Source: Candidatus Poribacteria bacterium (lineage in GTDB: Bacteria > Poribacteria > WGA-4E > WGA-3G). From it: a DNA stretch of 64,000 bases. Made by a program: the position numbers and the translations under genes. Within the stretch, counting starts at the first letter, position 1; the number at the start of each line of letters is the position of its first letter. The stretch is from contig CBDANF010000003.1 of the NCBI GenBank assembly GCA_965197475.1, forward strand, positions 1,312,001 to 1,376,000, written 5' to 3'. The notes under the pieces were generated by a model. The model had not been told where the DNA came from. It did no database searches and saw nothing but the letters and a program-made list of their open reading frames with translations. Positions 54,024-64,000 of this stretch are shown piece after piece.

Positions 54024-55142
54024 ATGAAAATAGTTGAGGTAAAAACCTATATGGTCGACGTGCCGCCTCCACATTGGGGTGGTAGGCATTGGATTTTTGT
54101 CAAATTAGTGACTGATGAAGGGATTGAAGGCGTAGGAGAATGTACCTATCATACCCGATTAAACCACGTCGTCATCGAATTGATCAAGGATTGGGGAGAA
54201 CGTTATCTCATTGGTACTGATCCGTTTCGGATTGAAAAAATCTGGTCAACACTTTATGAAGGACCTTGCGTGCGACATTCCGGTCCGCTCGTCACACCCG
54301 CGATGAGTGCAATAGAGATGGCGTGTTGGGATATTGTCGGGAAGGCAGTCAACCAACCCATTTACAATCTATTGGGTGGTATGTTCCATGAAAAATTGAG
54401 AGCCTATTCCTATCTCTTGGAATGGCGGCACGGCGATTCTCCAGAAAAAACCGGTGAACTCGCTCTTTCTTACGTTGAAAAGGGGTTTACCGCTGTCAAA
54501 TTCGATCCTGTCCATCCACATACGGCAGATAGGTTAGAAGTGCTTAACTATGCGGAGAGTGTCATCCGTGGAATTCGTGATGCTGTTGGCGATAAATGTG
54601 ATATTCTTATCGGCACACACGGGCAATTCAACACGAACAGTGCCATCCGTTTTGCAAAACGTGTAGAACCTTACGACCCGCTTTGGTTTGAAGAACCGAT
54701 CCCCCCTGAAAATATAAAAGAGATGGCACGTGTCGCACAATCTACAAGCATTCCTATAGCTACCGGTGAACGGTTGCTGACCAAATATGAGTTTGCTGAT
54801 CTGTTGGAACAGCAGGCAGCATCTATTTTGCAGATGGATTTGACAATAACCGGTGGCATCCTTGAAGCGAAGAAAATTGCATCTATGGGTGAGGCACACT
54901 ACGCGCAAATTGCTCCACACCTATACGGCGGTCCCATCGGCGGCGCAGCGAATATACAGTTAGATGTCTGTAGTCCAAACTTCCTGATTCAAGAAGGAAT
55001 CCACATGTGGGACGGATTTCACGCGGAAATTCTCAAGGAGCCAATACAGTGGGAAAATGGATACATCATTCCACCGACAAAACCTGGGCTCGGTGTTGAG
55101 CTGAACGAAGATGTTTTGGAAAAACACACAATTGAACTCTGA
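54024..55142 (+). CDS. Mandelate racemase/galactonate dehydratase-like enolase-superfamily enzyme
   Basis: TDEGIEG.GE, AIEMACWDI.GK, K.D, WFEEP, IATGER, APH, PGLG. Confidence 0.9.
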   Translation: MKIVEVKTYMVDVPPPHWGGRHWIFVKLVTDEGIEGVGECTYHTRLNHVVIELIKDWGERYLIGTDPFRIEKIWSTLYEGPCVRHSGPLVTPAMSAIEMACWDIVGKAVNQPIYNLLGGMFHEKLRAYSYLLEWRHGDSPEKTGELALSYVEKGFTAVKFDPVHPHTADRLEVLNYAESVIRGIRDAVGDKCDILIGTHGQFNTNSAIRFAKRVEPYDPLWFEEPIPPENIKEMARVAQSTSIPIATGERLLTKYEFADLLEQQAASILQMDLTITGGILEAKKIASMGEAHYAQIAPHLYGGPIGGAANIQLDVCSPNFLIQEGIHMWDGFHAEILKEPIQWENGYIIPPTKPGLGVELNEDVLEKHTIEL

Positions 55143-55260
55143 TTCTGAGGAGCATTACATTGTTTATAGTAGATTTTACAGTTAACGATACACCATTGAT
55201 TAGCGCGCAGACATCGGATATCTACATATTTTATATTCACCATAAATCACCTATCAGAAA

Positions 55261-56595
55261 ATGAAACATAAACGTTTTCACGCAGTTATCGCTTCAGTGT
55301 TAATTCACCTCATCTTTGCTGTAATCATTGGGCTGCTTTTTTCAGAACACTATTGGACATTTGATCAAGATGCAATAGATGTGAAATTTGTCAACTCCAA
55401 ACCAGCCAGGGAGACAACGCTGCGAACACATAAAACGGTATCGTTTCCCATAACCCAGAAGTCGGTGAACACGTTGCGAGTCCCACTTTCCCCAATCAGA
55501 CAACTGCCAAAAACCCACACCCCAATTGAAGAGACTATGACTACGCCGATGTACGACACGGATGTGCTAAATCCTATTGATGTGTCTGTTCCAAATCTAC
55601 AACCAAAAACATCCCAACGTGCTGTTAATACTGTTCAGGGGACTCCTATAGTTGTGCCGACTGTACCATCAGGTACAACGAAAATAAGATCGCGTCCTAC
55701 TGTTAGTATTAATCCAAAGCCAAACACCCCTACAACTGGGGGATTCGCTGAGTTTCTTGAAGGCACTTTACCTGAGGACAACTTAAAGGAAAACGTTAAT
55801 ACCACATTGCAAAATCCTGTTATGCTGCCACAAGGCGAATTGGGGGCAATCCTAAAAGGTTCAGATGACAATTTACGTGGTCATATTCGGATCATCCGAC
55901 TAAAACATTCACTTTCGGATTGGTGGCAAGACCCAACTGCAATCCCTGCACTCATCAAATGGATGGATGAAAATACCACAATCCGGGCAGATATGAGTTT
56001 TGCAGGAGGCGCATTAACCTTGACAGATCCGAGAATTTTAAACGCACCGCTCATTGTGATGACAGGCCACGACAAAGATATTACTGTTGGGCGCGGGCTC
56101 GCAAAAGATGGTCCTTTGCAGAACGGTTTCACACCTGAAGAGCGCGCTGCGCTTCGGAAATATATTGTTGATGAAGGGGGTATGCTCTTTTTCGACGACT
56201 GCGGTTTCCACGGTCTGTTCGCCCATATTGTTGCTGAGGAGTTGAATCAGATTTTTCCGGAGTATCCGCTTGAAATTCTACCGCATGAACATGAACTTTA
56301 TAGTATCCATTACCACTTGCCGAAACCACCCACGGGTGGTGATGTGTTCTGGGGAAACGAAAATAACGCACAGCCAACACAGTTCCGTTTTCAGAAAGGG
56401 ATTATTATTGACAATCGATTAGCGGTTGTTTACAATCGTAAGGATTATATGTGCACAATGGAGACTGCCGAAATTGAGAGCCGCACGATGCTAAGGCTTC
56501 GACGTTCTCCTGACGTTTTTCGGTTTATGACGAACTTGCTGATTTATGCACTGAAGTACGGTGGAAATACGGATAGAACAGGGTATAAGAAATAG
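55261..56595 (+). CDS. Membrane-anchored DUF4159-domain protein
   Basis: TM (SVLIH), Pro/Thr linker, DWWQDP.A, MTGH, LRKY...GG.LF.DDC. Confidence 0.75.
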   Translation: MKHKRFHAVIASVLIHLIFAVIIGLLFSEHYWTFDQDAIDVKFVNSKPARETTLRTHKTVSFPITQKSVNTLRVPLSPIRQLPKTHTPIEETMTTPMYDTDVLNPIDVSVPNLQPKTSQRAVNTVQGTPIVVPTVPSGTTKIRSRPTVSINPKPNTPTTGGFAEFLEGTLPEDNLKENVNTTLQNPVMLPQGELGAILKGSDDNLRGHIRIIRLKHSLSDWWQDPTAIPALIKWMDENTTIRADMSFAGGALTLTDPRILNAPLIVMTGHDKDITVGRGLAKDGPLQNGFTPEERAALRKYIVDEGGMLFFDDCGFHGLFAHIVAEELNQIFPEYPLEILPHEHELYSIHYHLPKPPTGGDVFWGNENNAQPTQFRFQKGIIIDNRLAVVYNRKDYMCTMETAEIESRTMLRLRRSPDVFRFMTNLLIYALKYGGNTDRTGYKK

Positions 56596-56644
56596 ATGTG
56601 TATTTGTCTGAACCAATGATTTTCGCGACCAGAAACACAGACCT

Positions 56645-56821
56645 TATACCATATCTAATTGACAAATTATCATATTGATTTTCTGTGTATATCATCTATA
56701 GGTCAGGTAGAGTATACGAAACACGACATGTATACCCATATCCACTCATCCTTGTCGGGTTTGGCTTGCGCTCTACCCGACCTACGAAATAATGCGATAT
56801 AATCACATAGAAATGGTATTA
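56645..56821. mobile_element. MITE (TATACCAT.TCTA TIRs) enclosing a REPIN-like inverted pair
   Basis: Inverted ends; interior taggtcaggtagag ... ctctacccgacctac. Confidence 0.65.
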
Positions 56822-56908
56822 CATTGAAAAAATATTCAAATTGGCAAACGAACGGATCAGACAATACACCGATCAAATCCGTTTGCCAGAATAAATTAAC
56901 TTCGGCTT

Positions 56909-59218
56909 TTATGTCAAAATTGTGTAAATCTTTCTTGCTTCCGTGTGAAAGTTAACAACCCACTTTGACTGAGATGACTTTACCCGTAATCCATCACATG
57001 TCACAGAAGCAGAAACAGGTTCAGAAGTTCGGATCCAACAATCTCTGCCGAGAGCAGAAAATACTCGAGCTTGTGTGAGTTTTCCATCTTTCCATTCTAT
57101 ATCCACTTCAAACCCGCCGCGAGCACGTAACCCTTTAACGTATCCAGTGTCCCATGCCTTTGGAAGTGCAGGAAGTAAGTGTATCTCGCCTGCATGGCTT
57201 TGTAGCAACATTTCAGCAATACCGGCAGTTCCGCCAAAATTACCGTCAATCTGGAAAGGCGGGTGCGTATCAAAAAGGTTTGTCAGGGTACATCTTGCGA
57301 GAAGCGTTTGGAGATGGTTGTATGCCTCTTCTCCTTCCTCAAGCCGCGCCAAGAAATTGATAAGCCATGCCCGACTCCATCCTGTGCCGCCGCCGCCGTG
57401 TGCTAAACGATGTTCCAACGATTTCTTTGCTGCCGCCGCCAACTCTGGCGTACCGCGTAATGTTATCTGACAACTCGGATGCAGCGCATACATGTGTGAC
57501 ATGTGCCGATGTCCCGGCTCCGGTTCATCGTAATCAAACACCCACTCTTGTAGTCGGCCTGTTTTCTCGCTAATCTGAAGTGGCGCGAGCAGTTCAAGCG
57601 CAGAAACCAATTCAGCACGGAAGTCGGCATCACCATCGAGAACATCAATACAAGCGAGGCAGTTTGTGAAGAGTTCATGGATAATCTCCAAGTCCATCGT
57701 TGCGGCATAAGTAAAGAGAGATCGTGTACCGTCAGATTTCAAGAAACTGTTTTCGGGTGAGTGAGACGGATTCGTGACAAGTTTACCAGCAACGGGTGTG
57801 CCTTCCGGTGCCTCAATGAGAAAATCAAGGACAAAACGGGTAGCACCTTTCATCAACGGATAGGCTTGTTCCTTAAGAAATTCCACATCACCACCGAAAA
57901 GGTAATGTTCCCATACATGCCCACACAACCATGCAGCACCCATCGGCGAGATACCCCAAATTCCATCAGCAGGCGTTGTGAATCCCCACACATCAGAGAG
58001 ATGATGGACAACCCAACCCTCAGCACTGTAATGCCGTTTTGCTGTCTGATTGCCAGGTTCAACAAGCGTGTCCATGTAATCAAAAAGCGGTTTATGACAC
58101 TCTGCAAGGTTGCAGATTTCGGGTACCCAGTAGTTCATTTGGAGATTGATATTGGTATGGAAATCGCTGTTCCATGGTGCCTTCATGTGTTCATTCCAGA
58201 TGCCTTGCAGATTTGCAGGTAGGCAACCCGGGCGTGAGCTGCCCATCAATAGATAGCGTCCGAACTGGAAGTAAAGCGCAACGAGTCCTGGATCTGACGC
58301 GCCTTCTTTTACCGCTGCCAAACGTTCATCGGTAGGTAAGTTCTCCGCATCAGTCGCGCCAAGGTCTAAATCAACCCATCTAAAGAGCGATTGATGTTCA
58401 GCAATGTGGTCCGCCCGAATCGCTACATAAGATTTTGTCTCAATACCCTTGAGATAATTTTCACAAAGTTCATGCGGGTTTCCACTCGCATCTGTCTGAT
58501 TGATATAACTTGTCGCACCAGCAAGGAGGAGTGTCACAGCATTCGCGTCGCGCACAGAGATTCGGTCACCTTCCGATTGGATCTTGCCGTTTTCAACCTG
58601 TACCTGTAGATATGCAGAAAAACGCATACCCCCATCGCTACACTGTCCGCTAAGTCTGAGTACACTATCGGAGATAGCTTCAACGGCGGCATCCTGCTCC
58701 CGTGTCATCGTCACATCAAAAGCGAGTTTTCCTGGTGTGTCACATTCAACGCTGATAACGATGAGATTGTCTACTGCTGTTGCGAATACCTCCCTGCTAA
58801 AATTGACACCTCCGCAGCAGTAGGTTGTTTTCGTGATTCCTGTGTCCAGATCAAGTTCTCTGCGATACTCGGTAACATCACCTTTATATGAGAATTCCAA
58901 GATGAGATCACCTAAAGATTGATACGATTTGACGCGAGATGGCACTCCCAGCATCGTTTCGCCTGCAAGTTTTGTCGCCTCGTCGTTTTTGTCTTCAAAA
59001 AGCAGTTGTTGCACTTTCGGGAGTGCTTCCAAAGCCTTTGGGTTGTTCGTGTCGCGAGGACCACCCTCCCAAAGCGTATCTTCGTTCAGTTGGATACGTT
59101 CACGTTCTACGCCGCCGAACACCATCGCACCGAGCCGTCCATTTCCAACGGGAAGTGCGTCTGTCCACTGTCCGGCTGGTTTGTTATACCATAAAACATA
59201 ATCATTTGTATTTTTCAT
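56909..59218 (-). CDS. GH95 alpha-L-fucosidase family
   Basis: [54 protein letters not shown]. Confidence 0.93.
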   Translation of the reverse strand: MKNTNDYVLWYNKPAGQWTDALPVGNGRLGAMVFGGVERERIQLNEDTLWEGGPRDTNNPKALEALPKVQQLLFEDKNDEATKLAGETMLGVPSRVKSYQSLGDLILEFSYKGDVTEYRRELDLDTGITKTTYCCGGVNFSREVFATAVDNLIVISVECDTPGKLAFDVTMTREQDAAVEAISDSVLRLSGQCSDGGMRFSAYLQVQVENGKIQSEGDRISVRDANAVTLLLAGATSYINQTDASGNPHELCENYLKGIETKSYVAIRADHIAEHQSLFRWVDLDLGATDAENLPTDERLAAVKEGASDPGLVALYFQFGRYLLMGSSRPGCLPANLQGIWNEHMKAPWNSDFHTNINLQMNYWVPEICNLAECHKPLFDYMDTLVEPGNQTAKRHYSAEGWVVHHLSDVWGFTTPADGIWGISPMGAAWLCGHVWEHYLFGGDVEFLKEQAYPLMKGATRFVLDFLIEAPEGTPVAGKLVTNPSHSPENSFLKSDGTRSLFTYAATMDLEIIHELFTNCLACIDVLDGDADFRAELVSALELLAPLQISEKTGRLQEWVFDYDEPEPGHRHMSHMYALHPSCQITLRGTPELAAAAKKSLEHRLAHGGGGTGWSRAWLINFLARLEEGEEAYNHLQTLLARCTLTNLFDTHPPFQIDGNFGGTAGIAEMLLQSHAGEIHLLPALPKAWDTGYVKGLRARGGFEVDIEWKDGKLTQARVFSALGRDCWIRTSEPVSASVTCDGLRVKSSQSKWVVNFHTEARKIYTILT

Positions 59219-59265
59219 AATTATCCTCTGTTGCAAAAATTATGTAAAAAGATCCACTATAAGGA

Positions 59266-60645
59266 TCAAAACAGGTTATACAGATTAGATTTAAGTTGTA
59301 CATCCCAAGCACATCGGAACCCAATATTCGCCATAAAACTTGATAAATATAATGAAGTCAGGAAACTGGTGAGAATAGGTGTGCCGCCCCAACGTGCAGC
59401 AGTGTGGAAAGGTTCTGAAGAATTAAACAGCGGACCACCCCGTAATACACGATCAGTTTTATCGTCCCAGAAGTTGAATATTAATAAATCCAAATCCTTT
59501 TTCGTGTTTACACCAGCAACCGGATTCCGCAATGGTGAAGAAGCATAGAAATTCACATCATACGCATCAAGACACCACTCCCAGACGTTCCCTACCATGT
59601 CATGCAAACCGTAGTTGTTGGCTGGGTATTTCCCTATAGATATGGTACCACCAACACTCTGTTCACAATATGCCATGTTCGAATCCATAAAATTTCCCCA
59701 TGGATATTTTTGTCCAGTTAAGGCTCCGCGCGCTGCTTTCTCCCACTCAGCTTCTGTTGGCAAACGTTTACCGACCCATTTAGCATACACCATCGCCGCA
59801 TACCAACTTATGTGCGTTACAGGGTGGTCATCCTCCCCAATCGGAAAGTTGTTTCCATCCCAATGCTTTAGATAGTCTCCATCGTGATACTTGCTAGGAA
59901 TAGATAGCAGCATCTTTTTTGTCCTATTCCGCTCATTCCTTTTTAATGGCTTGCGCCATTGTAGGTTGGCATCAATGAACACTTTATATTGTGCGTTTGT
60001 CACTGGATATTTATCCATATAGAACGCATCAATATAGACTTTATGCACAGGCTTTTCGCGGTCATTTGCTTTTTCGTTATTGCTTCCCATTTGGAACTCC
60101 TCTGCGGGGATGAGCATCATATCCTCTGGCACTGAGGCACTTAAAGGTGTCCGCTCGGATGTAGCAAATTCCTCTGGTTCGGGAGTAGCAAATTCCTCTT
60201 GCGAGATAGAATCAATAGGTTGCAATATTTCAGTCTGTAATGTCGCGATGTGTTCAACCCGTTTTTGTGGATCTTTTAGAATATCCCGAGATTGATTTAA
60301 AACAGTCCGCCACTGTTCTTGTGTCCTACCGTCAGGGCGAGGGAGTCCACCCGCACGTAACGATTCACCATAGAGTTTTTCATGTGCCTCACCAACTTGA
60401 GTCGTGATCTTATCTTCACTTTGGTCCTGAAGTTCGTTGATGGAAAGTCCCAGAACTTCAAAATAGTTTGTCCTCTCACCGACAATTAATCCTGATGCTT
60501 GCAGAATTGCATCCGCTTCATCTATAGCAAGACCATACTGCTGTACTGCTTGCTGAAGGAGTCCTTTGCGCTGCTCAGGCGTAATTGACTGAGAAGCAGC
60601 TCTAAAGATGTTGATTGCTGTTATGAATTCTTCGCGTTTAGACAT
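59266..60645 (-). CDS. J-domain-like plus FGE-sulfatase (C-type-lectin fold) protein, paralog 2
   Basis: NYFEVLGL..LKDPQKR; RLPTEAEWEKAARG, GNVWEWC, RVLRGG, IGFRC. Confidence 0.85.
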   Translation of the reverse strand: MSKREEFITAINIFRAASQSITPEQRKGLLQQAVQQYGLAIDEADAILQASGLIVGERTNYFEVLGLSINELQDQSEDKITTQVGEAHEKLYGESLRAGGLPRPDGRTQEQWRTVLNQSRDILKDPQKRVEHIATLQTEILQPIDSISQEEFATPEPEEFATSERTPLSASVPEDMMLIPAEEFQMGSNNEKANDREKPVHKVYIDAFYMDKYPVTNAQYKVFIDANLQWRKPLKRNERNRTKKMLLSIPSKYHDGDYLKHWDGNNFPIGEDDHPVTHISWYAAMVYAKWVGKRLPTEAEWEKAARGALTGQKYPWGNFMDSNMAYCEQSVGGTISIGKYPANNYGLHDMVGNVWEWCLDAYDVNFYASSPLRNPVAGVNTKKDLDLLIFNFWDDKTDRVLRGGPLFNSSEPFHTAARWGGTPILTSFLTSLYLSSFMANIGFRCAWDVQLKSNLYNLF

Positions 60646-60691
60646 GTAATAGTTTGCCTTTATGAAATATCCCAATGAGGACTATAACAGA

Positions 60692-62041
60692 TTATAATGA
60701 TTTAGATTTAAGCCCTACATTCCAAGCGCATCGAAACCCGATGTTCGCAGCGAATCTTGTTGAACGTGAAATCATGAATTTTGTTGAATATACTACTTTT
60801 GTGAGAAGAGGTGAACGCCCACGACGTATAGCAATCTGGATGGGTTCTGATGAAGTAAACAGCGAACCACCCCGTAATACGCGATCAGTTGAAATGTCCA
60901 GGAAGTTGGATAGTAATAAATCTAACTCCTTTTTTGTGCTTACACCAGCAACTGGATTTTTAACAGGTTCAGAAGAATAGAAATTCGGAACATACTCATC
61001 AAGACACCACTCCCACACGTTGCCTACTATATCCTGCAAACCGTAGTTGTTTGCAGGATATTTTCCGACAGAAGTTGTCTCACCTACATTTTTTCCACAA
61101 TATACCATATTTGAATCCATGGTATTTCCCCATGGGTATTTTTGGCCTGTTAATCCGCCGCGTCCCGCCTTTTCCCATTCCGCCTCTGTCGGTAAACGCT
61201 TGCCTGCCCATTGTGAGTATGCCATCGCCGCATACCAGCTGACATGGGTCACAGGATGATCTGCTTTTCCAATCGGAAAGTTGTTCCCATCCCAATGTTT
61301 TAGATAGTCTCCATCGTGATACTTGCTAAGAATAGATAGCAGCATCTTTTTTGTCCTATTCCGCTCATTCCTTTTTAATGGCTTGCGCCATTGTGGGTTG
61401 GCATCAATGAACACTTTATATTGTGCGTTTGTCACTGGATATTTATCCATATAGAACGCGTCAACATAGACTTTATGTGCAAGCTTTTTCCTTTTGCTAT
61501 TGTTTCCTATCTGGAACTCGCCTGCTGGGATGGGCAACATATCTTCAGGGATTGAGATTTTTAAAGATGTACTTTCAGGTGTGCGGAATTCCTGTCGTGA
61601 GGTAGGATCAACAAGTTGCGATATTTCAGTCTGTAACGTTTCAATGTGTTCACTTCGTTTTTGTGGGTCTTTTAGCGTATCACGTGCTTGATTCAAAACA
61701 GTTCGCCACTGTTCTCGCGTCCTACCGTCAGGGCGAGGAAGTCCACCGGCCCGTAAAGATTCAGTATAGTATTTATTATGTGCAACATCAACCTGAGTAG
61801 CAATGGTAGCCTCACTTTGGTTTTGGAGATCTTCTACGGAAAACTCTAACACCTCAAAATAGTTCACCCTCTCACCGACAATTAATCCTGATGCATTCAG
61901 GATTTCAGATGCCTCATCAACGGAAAGACCATGTCCCTGTACCGCCTGCTGGAGTAGTCCTTTGCGCTGTTCATCGGTAATCGTCTGCGAAAGTGTTTTG
62001 AGCGTATTGATGACTGTAATAAATTCTTCGCGTTTAGACAT
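60692..62041 (-). CDS. J-domain-like plus FGE-sulfatase protein, paralog 1
   Basis: Collinear tandem paralog of 59266-60645. Confidence 0.85.
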   Translation of the reverse strand: MSKREEFITVINTLKTLSQTITDEQRKGLLQQAVQGHGLSVDEASEILNASGLIVGERVNYFEVLEFSVEDLQNQSEATIATQVDVAHNKYYTESLRAGGLPRPDGRTREQWRTVLNQARDTLKDPQKRSEHIETLQTEISQLVDPTSRQEFRTPESTSLKISIPEDMLPIPAGEFQIGNNSKRKKLAHKVYVDAFYMDKYPVTNAQYKVFIDANPQWRKPLKRNERNRTKKMLLSILSKYHDGDYLKHWDGNNFPIGKADHPVTHVSWYAAMAYSQWAGKRLPTEAEWEKAGRGGLTGQKYPWGNTMDSNMVYCGKNVGETTSVGKYPANNYGLQDIVGNVWEWCLDEYVPNFYSSEPVKNPVAGVSTKKELDLLLSNFLDISTDRVLRGGSLFTSSEPIQIAIRRGRSPLLTKVVYSTKFMISRSTRFAANIGFRCAWNVGLKSKSL

Positions 62042-62375
62042 GTGTTAAATCTGTTTTATGTTCAAGGGCGAATTTCTGAGTTTTTGTTGATTACAACGTA
62101 GCGGATTCTACAAGTGTTGACTCGCGAATTTTTCTCGTTTGAACTCGTAACGATCAGATATTGACTCTACTAATTTTACAAACCAATCGAGACAAAAGGA
62201 ATAATGATTACTTCTTGAATCAAGATGCTGCATTTGAAGCGAAACATCCGCTGACACAACCCGATACTTCGCTGCAAACTCTAAACAAGCGTTAACTCTA
62301 TATGACGAAAAACATGAAACTAAATAACCCTACATTTCAAATTTCTATGTACAAATCTTCTGTCCTTACTTGCAT

Positions 62376-62978
62376 CTACTGTGTGTTATTTTTGATATAT
62401 TTCCACCCATCAATAAGCACAGGAAATCCCCGAATAAGGCAGATTGCAACAGCAATAGTCGCAATTATGATGGATGCAGTTGAAAAGATATTGAAGATGG
62501 ATGTATCTGGATGCGTGTCCTTAAGGACAGACACAGTGGCGAGGAAGATAAAAGCAAGTGCCTTAGATAAACCGGAAAAAAATCGGGAAATGCGGGAACT
62601 TGTCAACGCACGCGTCCAAGGGATGGACATCATTTCAAAAGGTGTTTTTCCATCTGTAAGTGCGATGCTCCGGACACCATCGGTTAGAAGTCCGCGTGTC
62701 ACCACAGCAATGGGCATCCAAAGGTGAACGAGATCGTTTACTGCGAAGTAAATCCAGAAGACATTTTCAATAATCCTGTCAGCAGCAATATCAAAGACCG
62801 CACCGAATGTGGAGGTCTGGTCGCGTTTGCGAGCAACGAAACCGTCTACTGCATCAAGTAAAAAAATAAGTGCAATAGTTGCAATGCACGCAATATTTAT
62901 GTAGGTATGTTGCCCGAAGATAGCAATGACAATGAAAGTAAAAAAAAGACGATAAAGCGTTATTACGTTTGCTGTCAT
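62376..62978 (-). CDS. CDP-alcohol phosphatidyltransferase
   Basis: AN.IT..R; D..DG..AR...Q.S.FGA.FD..AD. Confidence 0.9.
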   Translation of the reverse strand: MTANVITLYRLFFTFIVIAIFGQHTYINIACIATIALIFLLDAVDGFVARKRDQTSTFGAVFDIAADRIIENVFWIYFAVNDLVHLWMPIAVVTRGLLTDGVRSIALTDGKTPFEMMSIPWTRALTSSRISRFFSGLSKALAFIFLATVSVLKDTHPDTSIFNIFSTASIIIATIAVAICLIRGFPVLIDGWKYIKNNTQ

Positions 62979-63112
62979 GTTGGCTTATTCTCCTGATTCT
63001 GTTTCAGGCGTAGGTCATATTACGGGCATTTTAGCAGAATCCGTTTTGAATATCAAGACATTTTGCAGAGATGTATGCGTAAAGTTTTGGTAAAGGTTGT
63101 CCACCTCTTATT

Positions 63113-63218
63113 GTAGGGGCGGGTCCCTGTGCCCCCCGTAGTTTAGATACATCAGACGCGGTCAAATCAACGCTCCATGCGCGTATGGTATTCGGCGAGG
63201 GACAGAGACCTGCCCTTC
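63113..63218. repeat. GTAG-type REPIN-like element
   Basis: GTAGGGGCGGGTCCCTGTGCCC ... GGGACAGAGACCTGCCC; single arm also at 43100. Confidence 0.6.
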
Positions 63219-63287
63219 AGTAGAAAAACTCTAACGCATTCTTTGTAAATTGGAGTTATGCGACAAAATATACACACCCTAAAGCAG

Positions 63288-63522
63288 CAGGGCTATTTAG
63301 TTTTCGGTTTTTCTTATGATATTTATCACAAATGTTAATATTTTATGATAAGCAGAAGTAGCGTGATTTTTTACGCTACTTCTGCTATACTTCACCTTAA
63401 AAATCTTCCCTTTTTTGAGGTGAACCATGACAAGAAAATCTTCTTGCCACTCGATGGATATGTTAGCAGAAGTTCAAGACCTACGCAACAATAAAGGCAA
63501 ACGACACAGGGTTATTTAGTTT
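63288..63522 (+). mobile_element. ISAs1-family relic (left end and first ~27 codons)
   Basis: CAGGGC end; MTRK...LAEVQDLRNNKGKRH resembles the ISAs1 transposase N-terminus; a second CAGGGTTATTTAG end at 63507. Confidence 0.6.
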
Positions 63523-64000
63523 CGGAATAAGTAGTTTTGGACATAAGAAAAACAGCATAAAATCAGACATAGACTGACATCGTAAGGGCTTCCTGACGAG
63601 GAAGATAATTGTTAGACCATTTCTTTTGATGGGAATTGGTTATAGATTGTGTTTAATCTTAAGTAGATAATTTTCAATAATCATCATAATTAAACGCGAT
63701 TCTATCACGTTTTGTCCTGCTTTTATTTCGTTGAGCAGGAACTGATTATTTTGGTTATACATAACTATCACCTCCTTTTATTTGAGTTAAAAGAGGTGGT
63801 CTAACAATCGCTTAACAATCGCTTAACAATCGCTTAACAATCGCTTAACAATCGCTTAACAATTAAAGCATTAAAAAGGAAGTTAATCAAGAAAAAGTAG
63901 AAAAGTGCTGTAAATGTAGATGGTTATTGACTTTTTCCTTGATTTAAATGGTAAGAAATGGTATAATATAGGCAAGAAAATAGGGGGCGGACACCCCCTA
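63523..64000 (+). mobile_element. IS1595-family element, copy 2 (partial, inverted relative to copy 1)
   Basis: Near-identical reverse complement of about 19693-20159. Confidence 0.95.
63640..63762 (-). CDS. 40-aa small protein in the IS1595 end (MYNQNNQFLLNEIKAGQNVIESRLIMMIIENYLLKIKHNL)
   Basis: AGGAGGTG SD well spaced from the ATG; open 41 codons. Confidence 0.5.
   Translation of the reverse strand: MYNQNNQFLLNEIKAGQNVIESRLIMMIIENYLLKIKHNL

Noticed and set aside
59266-62041. Diversity-generating retroelement acting on the FGE-domain genes
   Set aside because: No reverse transcriptase or template repeat in the window; the paralog differences include synonymous third-position changes and a 5-codon indel, not adenine-specific substitutions
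63585-63640. Hammerhead ribozyme suggested by CTGACGAG
   Set aside because: No correctly placed GAAA or stems II/III; the motif is just part of a CTTCCT/AGGAAG hairpin

Overview
A ~42-45% GC bacterial window whose gene content (many secreted WD40/TolB beta-propellers, ankyrin and HEAT proteins, several PhyH-family dioxygenases, enolase-superfamily enzymes, FGE-sulfatase-domain proteins, GH95, Uma2) resembles sponge-associated Candidatus Poribacteria; this taxonomic call is inference. Recognisable metabolic genes are korA/korB with two CBS proteins, murJ, thiD, katG (visibly GC-richer) and a CDP-alcohol phosphatidyltransferase. The window is heavily invaded by IS elements (IS1595, IS1, IS3, IS4/IS701-like, an ISAs1 relic) and several MITE/REP families, which have truncated multiple genes. 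The most unusual object is a 2.45-kb IS1595-family element (17712-20159; a second, inverted copy starts at 63523) carrying three separate RNA-structure modules. These are (1) overlapping convergent promoters with an anti-SD/anti-anti-SD switch in the transposase leader, (2) a mutually exclusive A-B-C leader in front of two passenger genes, and (3) an 11-bp variable tandem repeat next to a 40-codon ORF with a sequestered SD and long-range fold-back. No rRNA, tRNA, CRISPR array or reverse transcriptase was seen. All structures were paired by eye; no searches were run.
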